Source of the DNA: Sedimentisphaerales bacterium
GTDB lineage: Bacteria > Planctomycetota > Phycisphaerae > Sedimentisphaerales > UBA12454
Length of the DNA stretch: 64,000 nt
Direction: 5' to 3'
Assembly (NCBI GenBank): GCA_049518795.1
Contig: JBEKRK010000001.1
Coordinates: 583,506 to 647,505 of the forward strand
Part shown: positions 9,840 through 19,003 of the stretch, one piece after another
How the letters are laid out: each line of letters starts with the position of its first letter
Position numbering within the stretch: position 1 is the first letter of the stretch
The notes under the pieces: model-generated
Databases searched by the model: none
Seen by the model: the letters and a program-made list of their open reading frames with translations, nothing else
Told to the model about the DNA's origin: nothing
Program-made: the position numbers and the translations under genes

Positions 9840-11456
9840 TTACCAATTATTAGAAAATACCGTAAAGTCCCTGAAGTCAACAGTGCCGTCGCGATAAAGG
9901 TCGGCATCCCTGCAATTGAAGTTGAGCCAATCGCAGGAATTGAGCCATTCCTCAGCGAAAACGGATAAATCGTAAATGTCAACGCGACAATTGTGCGTCA
10001 AATCGCCAACAGGATAAGGTCTCTTTTGACAGCCGCAGGGATATTGACAATCCTGTTTTAACCAATCATTCGCAAGTAAAACAAAATCGCCCAAATCCAC
10101 CCTGCCGTTTTTATCAATATCTGCGCCATCGCAAAAACCATTGGCGTTATTGCAATCAGTCCGCAGCCAGTTTAGAGCGAATACCGACAAATCACCCGTA
10201 TCAACTCCGCAACGGCCGTCTAAATCAGTGAATTGACAAGTCGGCAGAGGATATTCGGGAGCTACATCAAAACCCAGCAGGCCTTTTTGTGTGTCAATTA
10301 CGATATTATCAAACGGTGTTGAGCTTATGTCCCAGGTCGTCGTATCTATCGAGGCACAAATGAAGTTGTCGCCAAAAATACCGTCAAGAACAACAAAATC
10401 GCCGATGTCTTCGTCCCAAATGGTAACATCAGCGACACAAACCCTTGCGTTGATGAAAACAAGATTAAAACCTGAAAGAGTCGGGACAGATAATTTATCC
10501 AATGTATAGCCCGGCAGGTCAATTTCGCCGCCGATACCGCCAATCGGCACATAAAAATCAGGCTCCACTATAGGGTCTCCATTTTCATCGACAAGTCCAA
10601 GAGCCATTGCCTGGTCATTCGAAATAACGCTTACCGAGCCGCCGGTGTCGAAGAGCCAATTGCCTTTGGAACTGATGCCGCCGTATTCAACGGTAATATT
10701 GTCTATCAGGGGATTATATGCCAGAACCGGCAAAGGAGGCAGATTGAGCGGATTGGACAGGCTGATGAATTTTTCAAATCTCAGCGCAACCTGAAAATCG
10801 GTCTGCGGAATGTTGGGGTCGTTTGGGTCTTTAATGTCCGCGGTGAAGACTGGTAAATCCCAATCATCTCCGCCATCGTCATCCCCGGAATCATCAAAAT
10901 CAATGCCGCCAATATTATAATCTCTTACCGGCTTAAGCACAATAGTTCTGCCAGCCATAACGGGAATGCCGAGCACATCTAACGGTTCCCCAAGCAGCGA
11001 GTCTGCATACTCTTTGCTGACCTGAAAATGCCAGGGACCGTGAAGATAGTAAATATCAGGGTCGTCAGGATTGGCGGCATTGTAATCAGCGGTGCCGATA
11101 TAGAGCGGCTCGGAGACGTTGAAATATTCGTCGCCGGCAATGCCGGTATCGACAAATTGCGCGTTGGCGTCAATCGCGATTTCCATATCTTCAGCCGTTT
11201 CACGCGAGAACAGTATTCCTGAAGCGCCAGTATCCAGATAGGCGTAATTAACCGCAAACCCTCCTTCAGAGGAGGAGGGAATTGGCGGCTCATTGGGCGA
11301 ATATTTGAGCAGGAACAATATCTTCGGCAGGTCCACAGACCCTTCGTAAGTGCCGTCAATCTCGAAATCCTCACAGGCGGCCAGAACAACGGCCGATAAA
11401 GACAGACTTATAGCGATACAGGCTATGAAATAGTATGACTGCTTTGTGATAATCAT
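9840..11456 (-). CDS. Secreted two-domain aspartic protease with C-terminal dockerin-like/EF-hand repeats
   Basis: Signal peptide; two DTG motifs (AYLDTGASG, WLFDTGGS), each followed by a hydrophobic-hydrophobic-Gly motif (VLGIP, IFGDN); four EF-hand-like xDxxxxxxVDxxDxxxxxxxW repeats at the C-terminus. Confidence 0.75.
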   Translation of the reverse strand: MIITKQSYYFIACIAISLSLSAVVLAACEDFEIDGTYEGSVDLPKILFLLKYSPNEPPIPSSSEGGFAVNYAYLDTGASGILFSRETAEDMEIAIDANAQFVDTGIAGDEYFNVSEPLYIGTADYNAANPDDPDIYYLHGPWHFQVSKEYADSLLGEPLDVLGIPVMAGRTIVLKPVRDYNIGGIDFDDSGDDDGGDDWDLPVFTADIKDPNDPNIPQTDFQVALRFEKFISLSNPLNLPPLPVLAYNPLIDNITVEYGGISSKGNWLFDTGGSVSVISNDQAMALGLVDENGDPIVEPDFYVPIGGIGGEIDLPGYTLDKLSVPTLSGFNLVFINARVCVADVTIWDEDIGDFVVLDGIFGDNFICASIDTTTWDISSTPFDNIVIDTQKGLLGFDVAPEYPLPTCQFTDLDGRCGVDTGDLSVFALNWLRTDCNNANGFCDGADIDKNGRVDLGDFVLLANDWLKQDCQYPCGCQKRPYPVGDLTHNCRVDIYDLSVFAEEWLNSCDWLNFNCRDADLYRDGTVDFRDFTVFSNNW

Positions 11457-11632
11457 TTACCACCCTACTTCCAAAAGCATTATAGCATATCGGACGGCTT
11501 TTTACAAGTTTATGTCAAAGTTTTTGCCATTTTAAGCTGGAGACCAATTTGTAATATCTCGGAAAAATCTGTATAATGTGTATAATATATGAACAAAAGA
11601 ATATCTTTTTACTCTATTGATGAGGTTGGGAA

Positions 11633-12721
11633 TTGATAATCCCGTGGAAAGTTGATGTTCCTCAGGACCGCCTGCCTTTGACAAACTGGCTTTTAATCGC
11701 ATCAATCATAGTCGTTTTTATATGGGAAATGCCTCAAATTCAAACATATAATAAAGCTATACAAAAAAAGCAGATGGAGCTGCTCCTCGCATATAAAGAC
11801 CCAAATACTAAAGACCTAAAATATATAGAGAGCGAATTCAAAAAAATAAAAAATCCCTTAAACGAATATATGCTGAACGGCTGGACAGGCAAAGGACTGT
11901 TCACGCATATGTGGCTGCACGGCGGCTGGATACACCTGATTGGAAATATGCTCTTTTTGTGGATATTCGGAAATGCGGTTTGCGCTAAAATCGGCAATAT
12001 TCTCTACGCACCAATCTACATAATTGCAGGCCTGTCGGCAGCTATTACATATTTATTTTTTTCAAATCATCCGATGCTCGGAGCCAGCGGAGCAATCAAC
12101 GGCATCGTGGGAATATATCTTGTGTTCTTTCCAATCAACTCGATTACCTGCTATTGGTCTCTGAATTTGTTATATTGGAAAGAATTCGAAGCACCCAGCT
12201 ATGCAATAATTCTGTTATGGCTTGCCTATGATATATTCGGAGCTTTTATAGGAGGCAGTAACATAGCTTATTTTGCTCATTTTGGAGGATTTGCGTCAGG
12301 CTTTGTGATTGCGATTATCCTGCTGAAAACCAGACTTATCAAAATGACGGAATATGAAAAATCGCTGCTCGATATTATCTTCGAAAAGCAGGTAAAGCCG
12401 CAACCAAAGGAATCATATTTCAACCGCGATTTGCTGACAAAAGTTCCTGATAGTCAGGCGTCAGCGGCTGAAGAAATTCCTGCCGGAACAATCGGCGAAA
12501 AAAAACAAGCTCCGCAGTCTGTTTTATCGGCAGAAGATTTCTTCAGACAACCCACTGCCGAACCTCCGCCGCCGACACAGTTGAAAGCCAATATTGGCGA
12601 TGGTTTTATCCGTTTTTTCTGCATCTGCGGCAAGCGGATTAAAGTCGCTGAGCAGTTCGCCGGCAGGACCGGCAAATGCCCGCAATGCAAACGGTCGATT
12701 AAGATACCGAAACCGGATTAA
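11633..12721 (+). CDS. Rhomboid intramembrane serine protease with C-terminal Zn ribbon
   Basis: LFTHMWLHGGWIHLIGNMLFL, GASGA (Ser) and FAHFGG (His); C-terminal CICG...CPQC. Confidence 0.9.
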   Translation: MIIPWKVDVPQDRLPLTNWLLIASIIVVFIWEMPQIQTYNKAIQKKQMELLLAYKDPNTKDLKYIESEFKKIKNPLNEYMLNGWTGKGLFTHMWLHGGWIHLIGNMLFLWIFGNAVCAKIGNILYAPIYIIAGLSAAITYLFFSNHPMLGASGAINGIVGIYLVFFPINSITCYWSLNLLYWKEFEAPSYAIILLWLAYDIFGAFIGGSNIAYFAHFGGFASGFVIAIILLKTRLIKMTEYEKSLLDIIFEKQVKPQPKESYFNRDLLTKVPDSQASAAEEIPAGTIGEKKQAPQSVLSAEDFFRQPTAEPPPPTQLKANIGDGFIRFFCICGKRIKVAEQFAGRTGKCPQCKRSIKIPKPD

Positions 12722-12730
12722 AACCGATTC

Positions 12731-13282
12731 TTATTTTCGCCTGTATTTGCCCATTAATGAGCCTTCGGCGAGAATATGACCCTTCATAGCGACAATTAAA
12801 TCCTGCTTTGTGGAGCTATCCGGCAAATCAAGCATCGTGTCTAAGGCATAAATTTTGAAATAATACCGATGCGTGCCGCTCGGCGGACAGGGGCCGCCAT
12901 AACCGGGCTTGCGAAAATCGCTAATGCCCTGCTTTGAGCCGTCAGGAAGCTGGGGCGATGCCGGCACAGCTTCCGGCAATCTATTCGCCTCGGCAGGAAT
13001 GTTCCACATTACCCAGTGAACCCAATTTCCGACAGGAGCATCAGGGTCATCGCAAATTAAGGCGATGCTTTTGACGCCCTGCGGCGTCTGCTGCCATTTT
13101 AATGACGGCGAAATATTCAGACCATCGCAGGTGTATTTCGCGGGTATCATACCGCCCTCGTTAAATGCCGAAGATGTAACTTTAATTGACATTTTTTTGT
13201 CTCCTTTTTCTGCTATACTATTTTGACCAAAACCGCACAACAAAATCAATAATACAAACAAAACAAAATAATTCTTATTCAT
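12731..13282 (-). CDS. YbhB/YbcL-family PEBP (Raf kinase inhibitor-like) protein
   Basis: DDPDAP, WVHW and GYGGPCPPSGTHRYYF motifs; N-terminal signal peptide. Confidence 0.93.
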   Translation of the reverse strand: MNKNYFVLFVLLILLCGFGQNSIAEKGDKKMSIKVTSSAFNEGGMIPAKYTCDGLNISPSLKWQQTPQGVKSIALICDDPDAPVGNWVHWVMWNIPAEANRLPEAVPASPQLPDGSKQGISDFRKPGYGGPCPPSGTHRYYFKIYALDTMLDLPDSSTKQDLIVAMKGHILAEGSLMGKYRRK

Positions 13283-13299
13283 AAATCTGTCTCCTAAAA

Positions 13300-13473
13300 T
13301 TATTTTTTATGCTTTTTACAGCGTTTTTTTGATTTTGTTTTCAGACATAAACTGCATCGCTCGTCGCTGCACATCTGGCAGAAAAAGCAGTCTTTGCAAT
13401 TATGCTTTTTGGGGCCTCTACCGTCCGGCACATAAATCAAGCCCGGCAGACCGCGAATTCTTTTTAACGCCAT
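13300..13473 (-). CDS. Small Cys-rich basic protein (57 aa)
   Basis: Hand translation: MALKRIRGLPGLIYVPDGRGPKKHNCKDCFFCQMCSDERCSLCLKTKSKKRCKKHKK. Fills the gap between co-oriented genes; below the track cutoff. Confidence 0.75.
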   Translation of the reverse strand: MALKRIRGLPGLIYVPDGRGPKKHNCKDCFFCQMCSDERCSLCLKTKSKKRCKKHKK

Positions 13474-13481
13474 ATAAAAAT

Positions 13482-13967
13482 TTAAATTTTATCAGAAACT
13501 TTCGGCAGTTTTTCCCTTGTTAAAAGCCACGCACCTAAAATTGCAAAACCGAACAAAAATAAGGTTTTTAGAATCAATTCCAATATCAAATATATTTTAT
13601 AAAATAGGGATACCTGAAAATAAAAAATTAACTCAACCATCATACCAACAGAAAAAATGGATACAAAGATAATAACATATATTATTGGGCTTATATTTTT
13701 TCTTCTTGAAATAGAAATTACAATAAAACTCATTAAAAAACCAGAAACACCATAAGCTAAACTTTCTGCTATCGCATTTTCTGAATAAACTAATAATAAC
13801 GGAAATTTACCAGCAACGTGTGGTAATGGAATTAGCAATGTAACCGATAGAAAAATTGCTAAAAAGAAAGGGATGGAATAAACGCAAAATATCGCACCGC
13901 AAATTATACTAAATGCTTTTAATAAAGCATATTTATCAGGTTCAAATATTTTATGATAAATTTTCAA
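13482..13967 (-). CDS. Hypothetical AT-rich membrane protein (about 4 TM)
   Basis: Hydrophobic ORF overlapping the ispG stop; no family recognised. Confidence 0.55.
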   Translation of the reverse strand: MKIYHKIFEPDKYALLKAFSIICGAIFCVYSIPFFLAIFLSVTLLIPLPHVAGKFPLLLVYSENAIAESLAYGVSGFLMSFIVISISRRKNISPIIYVIIFVSIFSVGMMVELIFYFQVSLFYKIYLILELILKTLFLFGFAILGAWLLTREKLPKVSDKI

Positions 13968-15009
13968 TCTCCTTCTTTAAGACAGTAAAAAGCTTAGCCT
14001 GTTTAACGACGGTGATTTTTTTGCCTTTTTTATAAATAAAACCTCTGTCGGCGGCGGCGCAGACGGCAATATCAGCATCGGCGGCTTCGCCGGGGCCGTT
14101 GACTATACAGCCCATAACAGCAACTCTTATAGGTTTGTGAATTTCCGCAAGAAGTTTCTTAACCCGCTGCGCGAATGTGATTAAGTCCCACTGAACCCTG
14201 CCGCAGGTCGGGCAGACTATCAACTGCGGTTCTCTGCTTTTATAAATGCCGAGAGATTCGAGAATTTTTTTTGCGATTTCGACTTCCTGAATCGGGTCGC
14301 CCGCGATACTGATTCTAATCGTATCGCCGATACCCCTTTGCAAAAGAGTCCCCATCGCGACAGAGGCGGGAATAACCGCATCTTCAGCAAGGCCGGCGTG
14401 AGTAAGACCTAAATGTATCGGATAATCGAATTTCTCGGCGATTGCGCAATTGGATTCAATCGTCCTTTCGACATCGGAGCTTTTGACGCTTAAAACAATA
14501 TTGTTAAAGCCTCGTTTTTCAAACAGCCGAACGTAACTTTGCATTTCCTTAATCATCAGGTCTGTTCGCCTTTTATATGGCGTATCTCGCAGCAGATTTC
14601 TGATACTTGCCTCGTTTATGCCGATGCGGACAGCAATTTTGTGAGCCTTAGCGCAATCTATTATCCTGTTTATATCGTTTTTGTCTTCAATATTGCCGGG
14701 GTTAAGGCGGATTTTCGCTGCGCCTGCCTCGACAGCCTCAATCGCCCTTTCAGCGGAAAAGTGAATATCGGCAATCAGGGGAATTTTGACCTTTTGGACG
14801 ATTTTCGCAAAGGCGATACCGTCTTTGGCGGTCGGGATGGCAAGTCTGACGAGCTTCGCGCCTGCCGCAGCGAGGGCATTTATCTGCCTGACGCAGCCTG
14901 TAATATCGGTCGTGGGCAATTTAGTCATAGACTGAACCACAATTGGGTATTTTGAGCCGATTTTGATGGGGCCTGCCTCGACAATAGTTGTTTTTCTTCT
15001 ATTTATCAT
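13951..15009 (-). CDS. ispG: (E)-4-hydroxy-3-methylbut-2-enyl-diphosphate synthase
   Basis: IVVQSMT, PLIADIHF, RLNPGN, PIHLGLTHAG, GIGDTIRIS, CPTCGR and MGCIVNGPGEA. Confidence 0.97.
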   Translation of the reverse strand: MINRRKTTIVEAGPIKIGSKYPIVVQSMTKLPTTDITGCVRQINALAAAGAKLVRLAIPTAKDGIAFAKIVQKVKIPLIADIHFSAERAIEAVEAGAAKIRLNPGNIEDKNDINRIIDCAKAHKIAVRIGINEASIRNLLRDTPYKRRTDLMIKEMQSYVRLFEKRGFNNIVLSVKSSDVERTIESNCAIAEKFDYPIHLGLTHAGLAEDAVIPASVAMGTLLQRGIGDTIRISIAGDPIQEVEIAKKILESLGIYKSREPQLIVCPTCGRVQWDLITFAQRVKKLLAEIHKPIRVAVMGCIVNGPGEAADADIAVCAAADRGFIYKKGKKITVVKQAKLFTVLKKEIENLS

Positions 15010-15061
15010 AGTGATAAATTCTATCTTGTTTTATGACACTGGGCAAATTAAAATATGACGA

Positions 15062-15913
15062 ATGTTACTATCGATTATCTTATTATTGTTTATAGCGTAT
15101 TTCGGGCTGGGAATAACGCTATATTTTATGCAGCCGGCACTGACCTTCAGCCCGACCAGAGAAGTGCCATACACCCCCGGCGATATAGGTCTGGACTATG
15201 AAAAGGTGCAATTTAAAACAGCCGACAATTTGACCCTTTCGGGCTGGTATATCCCGGCAAAGAATGCTCACTTTACCCTGCTTTTATGCCACGGCAACGG
15301 CGGAAATATTGCTTATGCGCTCGATTCCATATACATTTTCTACGAATTGGGTTTTAACTGTCTTATTTTCGATTATCGCGGATATGGACATAGTCAGGGC
15401 GAGCCAACCGAGGAAGGGACGTATCTCGATGCGCAGGGAGCTTATGACTGGCTTATAAAAGTGAAAAAACTCAAGCCTGACAATATAATACTCTGCGGCA
15501 AATCGCTGGGCGCCAGTATCGCGGCACATCTTGCCGCCAATGTCAGCATAAAAGGACTAATTATCGAAAGCGGATTTACTTCGTATGCCGATATCGGCCA
15601 GAAATTTTATCCGTATATGATGGTAAGGCCGTTTGCCCGGTATAACTTTAATACAAGCGATTATCTCAAACAGGCCGATTGTCCGGTGCTCATCATCCAC
15701 AGCAGGAATGACGAAATTGTGCCGTTTGAGTTCGGCCTGCGGCTTTACGAAGAGGCGGCAAAAGAACCGAAAGAGTTTATTGAAATCTTCGGCAATCATA
15801 ATGACGGTTTTCTTTATTCGGGACAGATTTATCGCGAAGGATTGACTAACTGGGCGAAATTTCTTAAAAATTATCAAAAGCAATCGGGCGCAAAAATAAA
15901 ATTGATTTCATAA
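15062..15913 (+). CDS. Alpha/beta hydrolase (ABHD13/BEM46-like), N-terminal membrane anchor
   Basis: CHGNGGN, FDYRGYG, GKSLG nucleophile elbow, HSRNDEIVP and GNHND. Confidence 0.88.
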   Translation: MLLSIILLLFIAYFGLGITLYFMQPALTFSPTREVPYTPGDIGLDYEKVQFKTADNLTLSGWYIPAKNAHFTLLLCHGNGGNIAYALDSIYIFYELGFNCLIFDYRGYGHSQGEPTEEGTYLDAQGAYDWLIKVKKLKPDNIILCGKSLGASIAAHLAANVSIKGLIIESGFTSYADIGQKFYPYMMVRPFARYNFNTSDYLKQADCPVLIIHSRNDEIVPFEFGLRLYEEAAKEPKEFIEIFGNHNDGFLYSGQIYREGLTNWAKFLKNYQKQSGAKIKLIS

Positions 15914-15926
15914 AGCATACAACCTA

Positions 15927-16889
15927 ATGAAAAAGACTCGGATTGATACTGTTGAACAGGCAACAAAGCTGAAACAAACAGCACAAATAATTTTTCTTCT
16001 GATAACACTCTCGATAGCGATTTTTTTGATATATCTTGGTATAACTGCAAACCAGCCCGGGAAAACTGGCTGGATTGGGCCAAAATCTTATACGAGGATT
16101 ATTTCCCTTGCTCCGAGCACGACAGAAATACTTTTTGCGCTCGGGCTTGGCGATAATGTAATCGGCGTTTCGCAATTTTGCAATTATCCCGAACAGGCAA
16201 AGGAACTGCCGCGAATGGGCGGACTAATGAATCCTAATTACGAGGCAATCGTTGCGGCAAAGCCGGATTTAGTCATTATCTTCGATGATATGCAGGAAGC
16301 CGAAAATAAATTCAAGGCTCTTGAAATAGAAACCCTCGTTGTAAAACACGATACTATAAACGACATCCTTGATGCGATTCATACAATTGGCGAACGAACA
16401 GGCAAAGCGGAACAAGCCCGGCTGATTGTTGACGATATTGTGAATAAAATTCATATAACTCAGGGGCAAAATCAATCTGCCAATCCGCCAAAAGTGCTTG
16501 TATGCATCGGGCACGACTATTCGCAGGACCCGTCGGCAAAACTGCAAAACATTTACATAGCCGGCAATGACGGCTTTTACAGCGAGATGATTAAGCTTGC
16601 AGGCGGACAAAATGCTTATACCGGCAGCATAGCTAATCCGGCAGTCAGCTTCGAATCCATCATAGCAATGAACCCGCAGATTATTATCGATATTCTGCCG
16701 CCGGCAAACGTTAATATCGATACCGAAATTATCAAAAAACAATGGCAGAATTTTAGCGATATCGACGCTGTAAAAAACAACAGAATTTACCTTTTCATGG
16801 AAGATTATATGTCAATACCCGGCCCGAGATTCATAAATATAATCGAAAAATTTGCCCAGGTAATCAATCAGCCGGCTCAAACGCAATGA
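15927..16889 (+). CDS. Cobalamin/Fe-siderophore ABC transporter substrate-binding protein (BtuF-like)
   Basis: RIISLAPSTTEILFALGLG, PNYEAIVAAKPDLV, AVKNNRIY and PGPR. Confidence 0.88.
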   Translation: MKKTRIDTVEQATKLKQTAQIIFLLITLSIAIFLIYLGITANQPGKTGWIGPKSYTRIISLAPSTTEILFALGLGDNVIGVSQFCNYPEQAKELPRMGGLMNPNYEAIVAAKPDLVIIFDDMQEAENKFKALEIETLVVKHDTINDILDAIHTIGERTGKAEQARLIVDDIVNKIHITQGQNQSANPPKVLVCIGHDYSQDPSAKLQNIYIAGNDGFYSEMIKLAGGQNAYTGSIANPAVSFESIIAMNPQIIIDILPPANVNIDTEIIKKQWQNFSDIDAVKNNRIYLFMEDYMSIPGPRFINIIEKFAQVINQPAQTQ

Positions 16890-16890
16890 G

Positions 16891-16989
16891 TCCCGTTAGA
16901 CCTTGTCAGATTTATATATGTGTTTTAATATACTGTAAAACAGAAATATTTTATACCGCTTTACGCCTATGAAACGAGGTCTAACGGGA
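16891..16989. mobile_element. 99-bp MITE-like insertion with 13-bp terminal inverted repeats and 4-bp direct repeats
   Basis: TCCCGTTAGACCT (16891-16903) and AGGTCTAACGGGA (16977-16989) are perfect reverse complements; TGAG flanks both sides (16887-90, 16990-93). Confidence 0.75.
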
Positions 16990-17777
16990 TGAGCGAAAAA
17001 GTAATTGAAGTTGAAAATTTAGGTTACGGCGTCCGGGCAAAACGGATTCTGGAGGGAATTAACTTTTCCGTATTTTCCGGCAGGCGTCTTTTTATTGTCG
17101 GGCCGAACGGCGCAGGCAAAACCACCCTGCTGCGATGTATGAGCAGAATCATTACCGATTATGCCGGCATAATCAGGGTCAAAAATAAAAACATTGAAAA
17201 TTATTCACATAAAAATCTCGCGAAAATTCTGGTTTATCTTCCGCAATCGCTGCCGACAGATATTCCTTTTACCGCACGGCAATTCGTTATGATGGCCAGG
17301 TTCCCGCATTTAAGCCCCTTTTCGATTATAAGCCCACAGGACGAGAAAATTGTAAATAATGCTCTGGATGTGACGCAAACCGCCGGCTTTGCCGACAGAG
17401 AGATGACGACCCTGAGCGGCGGAGAAAGACAGCAGGTCAGTATCGCCGCGGCTGTCGCACAGCAGGCCGAAATTCTGCTGCTCGACGAGCCTGTTACATA
17501 TCTCGATTACAAACACCAAAGAGACATCCATATACTCCTGGCAAAAATAAATAAAACAAATAATACGACTATCGTTTGCGTTACTCACGATTTGAACTCT
17601 GCCGTGTTAAACGCCGATTCGATTATCGCACTTAAAGAAGGTAAAATTGCTTTTGAGGGAATGCCCCGGAATATAATGAATGAAGATACGCTCGAAGAAA
17701 TCTATTCGAAAAAATTTAATTTTACAGACCATCCGTTAACAGGCCAGAAAATAATTATTCCGGACATAATACAATGA
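16989..17777 (+). CDS. Cobalamin/Fe-siderophore ABC transporter ATP-binding protein
   Basis: GPNGAGKT, LSGGERQ, LLLDEP and H-loop VTHDLN. Confidence 0.92.
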   Translation: MSEKVIEVENLGYGVRAKRILEGINFSVFSGRRLFIVGPNGAGKTTLLRCMSRIITDYAGIIRVKNKNIENYSHKNLAKILVYLPQSLPTDIPFTARQFVMMARFPHLSPFSIISPQDEKIVNNALDVTQTAGFADREMTTLSGGERQQVSIAAAVAQQAEILLLDEPVTYLDYKHQRDIHILLAKINKTNNTTIVCVTHDLNSAVLNADSIIALKEGKIAFEGMPRNIMNEDTLEEIYSKKFNFTDHPLTGQKIIIPDIIQ

Positions 17778-18760
17778 GAAAAAACGCCGCACTGATATTG
17801 ATAATTCTATTCGCACTACTTGTTTTAGCGGCTGCTCCATTTGCAGGTCCGACAAAAATACCGTTTTCAATATTAAAAAACATCTCTGCCGACAGCACGG
17901 AGGCGAGGATTTTTTACTCTTTACGGCTGCCGAGGGTTTTTACAGCCTTTCTGGCAGGAGCCGCCCTTGCCTGCTGCGGAGTAGCTTTGCAGGCGATGTT
18001 TAGAAATCCGCTTGCAGCGCCTTTTACTTTAGGCATCTCAGGCGGAGCAGCCTTTGGAGCTGCAATATACGTTTTATTCTCAGCTTTTTTACAGATTTAC
18101 TGCGGTTCAATATTGTTTTCATTCGCTGGGGCTTTGGCTGCAATACTTTTAGTCTATGGACTTACAAAAATTAAAAAAGGCTTCTCCGCAGAAACAATGC
18201 TGCTGGCCGGCATTGCTGTTAACTTCTTTTTCTCAAGCCTGATACTTCTGCTGCAATATATAAGTGATTTTACCCAGTCTTTTATGGTTATTCGCTGGCT
18301 GATGGGCAGTATTGATGTTACAGGATATTTTACACCTGTTCTTATGCTTATTTTTACAATAATCGGTGTTGCAGTTATTAGTTTTCATAGTTTAAATCTT
18401 AACCTGATGAGTATCAGCGATGAAATTGCGATTACGCGGGGCGTCAACGTCCAGCAGACAAGAAAAATTATCTTTCTGGCAACATCTGTTATGGTTGCGG
18501 CGGTGGTAGCATTTTGCGGGCCTATTGGTTTTGTCGGTTTGATGGCTCCTCATATATGCAGATTGCTTGTCGGCTATGACCATAAAATTTTAACGCCTGC
18601 ATCAGTCCTGTTCGGCGGGGCATTTCTTGCCCTTTGCGATACGGTTGCAAGGACACTGATTGCACCAGCCGAGATTCCGGTCGGCGTAATAACCGCCCTT
18701 TTAGGCGGGCCCTTCTTCATCTGGCTGCTGCTGAAAGACAGCGTTAAATCAGGCGTATAA
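17774..18760 (+). CDS. FecCD/BtuC-family ABC permease
   Basis: LRLPRV, QAMFRNPLA, GPIGFVGLMAPHI and EIPVGVITALLGGPFF. Confidence 0.93.
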   Translation: MRKNAALILIILFALLVLAAAPFAGPTKIPFSILKNISADSTEARIFYSLRLPRVFTAFLAGAALACCGVALQAMFRNPLAAPFTLGISGGAAFGAAIYVLFSAFLQIYCGSILFSFAGALAAILLVYGLTKIKKGFSAETMLLAGIAVNFFFSSLILLLQYISDFTQSFMVIRWLMGSIDVTGYFTPVLMLIFTIIGVAVISFHSLNLNLMSISDEIAITRGVNVQQTRKIIFLATSVMVAAVVAFCGPIGFVGLMAPHICRLLVGYDHKILTPASVLFGGAFLALCDTVARTLIAPAEIPVGVITALLGGPFFIWLLLKDSVKSGV

Positions 18761-18840
18761 ACAATCCAATGGCAACAAGCCCTTAGCAACAAAGCAAATA
18801 CAAGCATCCACTGCTACCCCCCAAATACACCACATTTTAC

Positions 18841-18868
18841 TTGACAAACGTCTGTTAAGTGGTAGTAT
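18841..18868 (+). promoter_or_regulatory. Sigma70 promoter upstream of GLUG protein
   Basis: TTGACA (18841-46), 16-nt spacer ending TGG, TAGTAT (18863-68). Confidence 0.55.
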
Positions 18869-19003
18869 GTCTTTTTAATTAATTGAGGCATTTAGTATGG
18901 AGAACTGGAGAAGGGAAAGAAGAGATGTGCGTTTCATATCTCCAAAACAAATCGTAGAGATGGTATGTTCAAATAATGTCCAATTTTAATAAGGAGGAAA
19001 AAG

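Noticed and set aside
15010-15927. Cobalamin riboswitch ahead of the BtuF-like gene
   Set aside because: Only 13 nt separate it from the upstream hydrolase and no B12-box is visible; the ABC substrate (B12 vs iron complex) stays unassigned.
18897-18989. 30-aa upstream ORF (MENWRRERRDV...) before the GLUG gene
   Set aside because: Weak RBS (GAGG only), no recognisable motif; plausible by chance.
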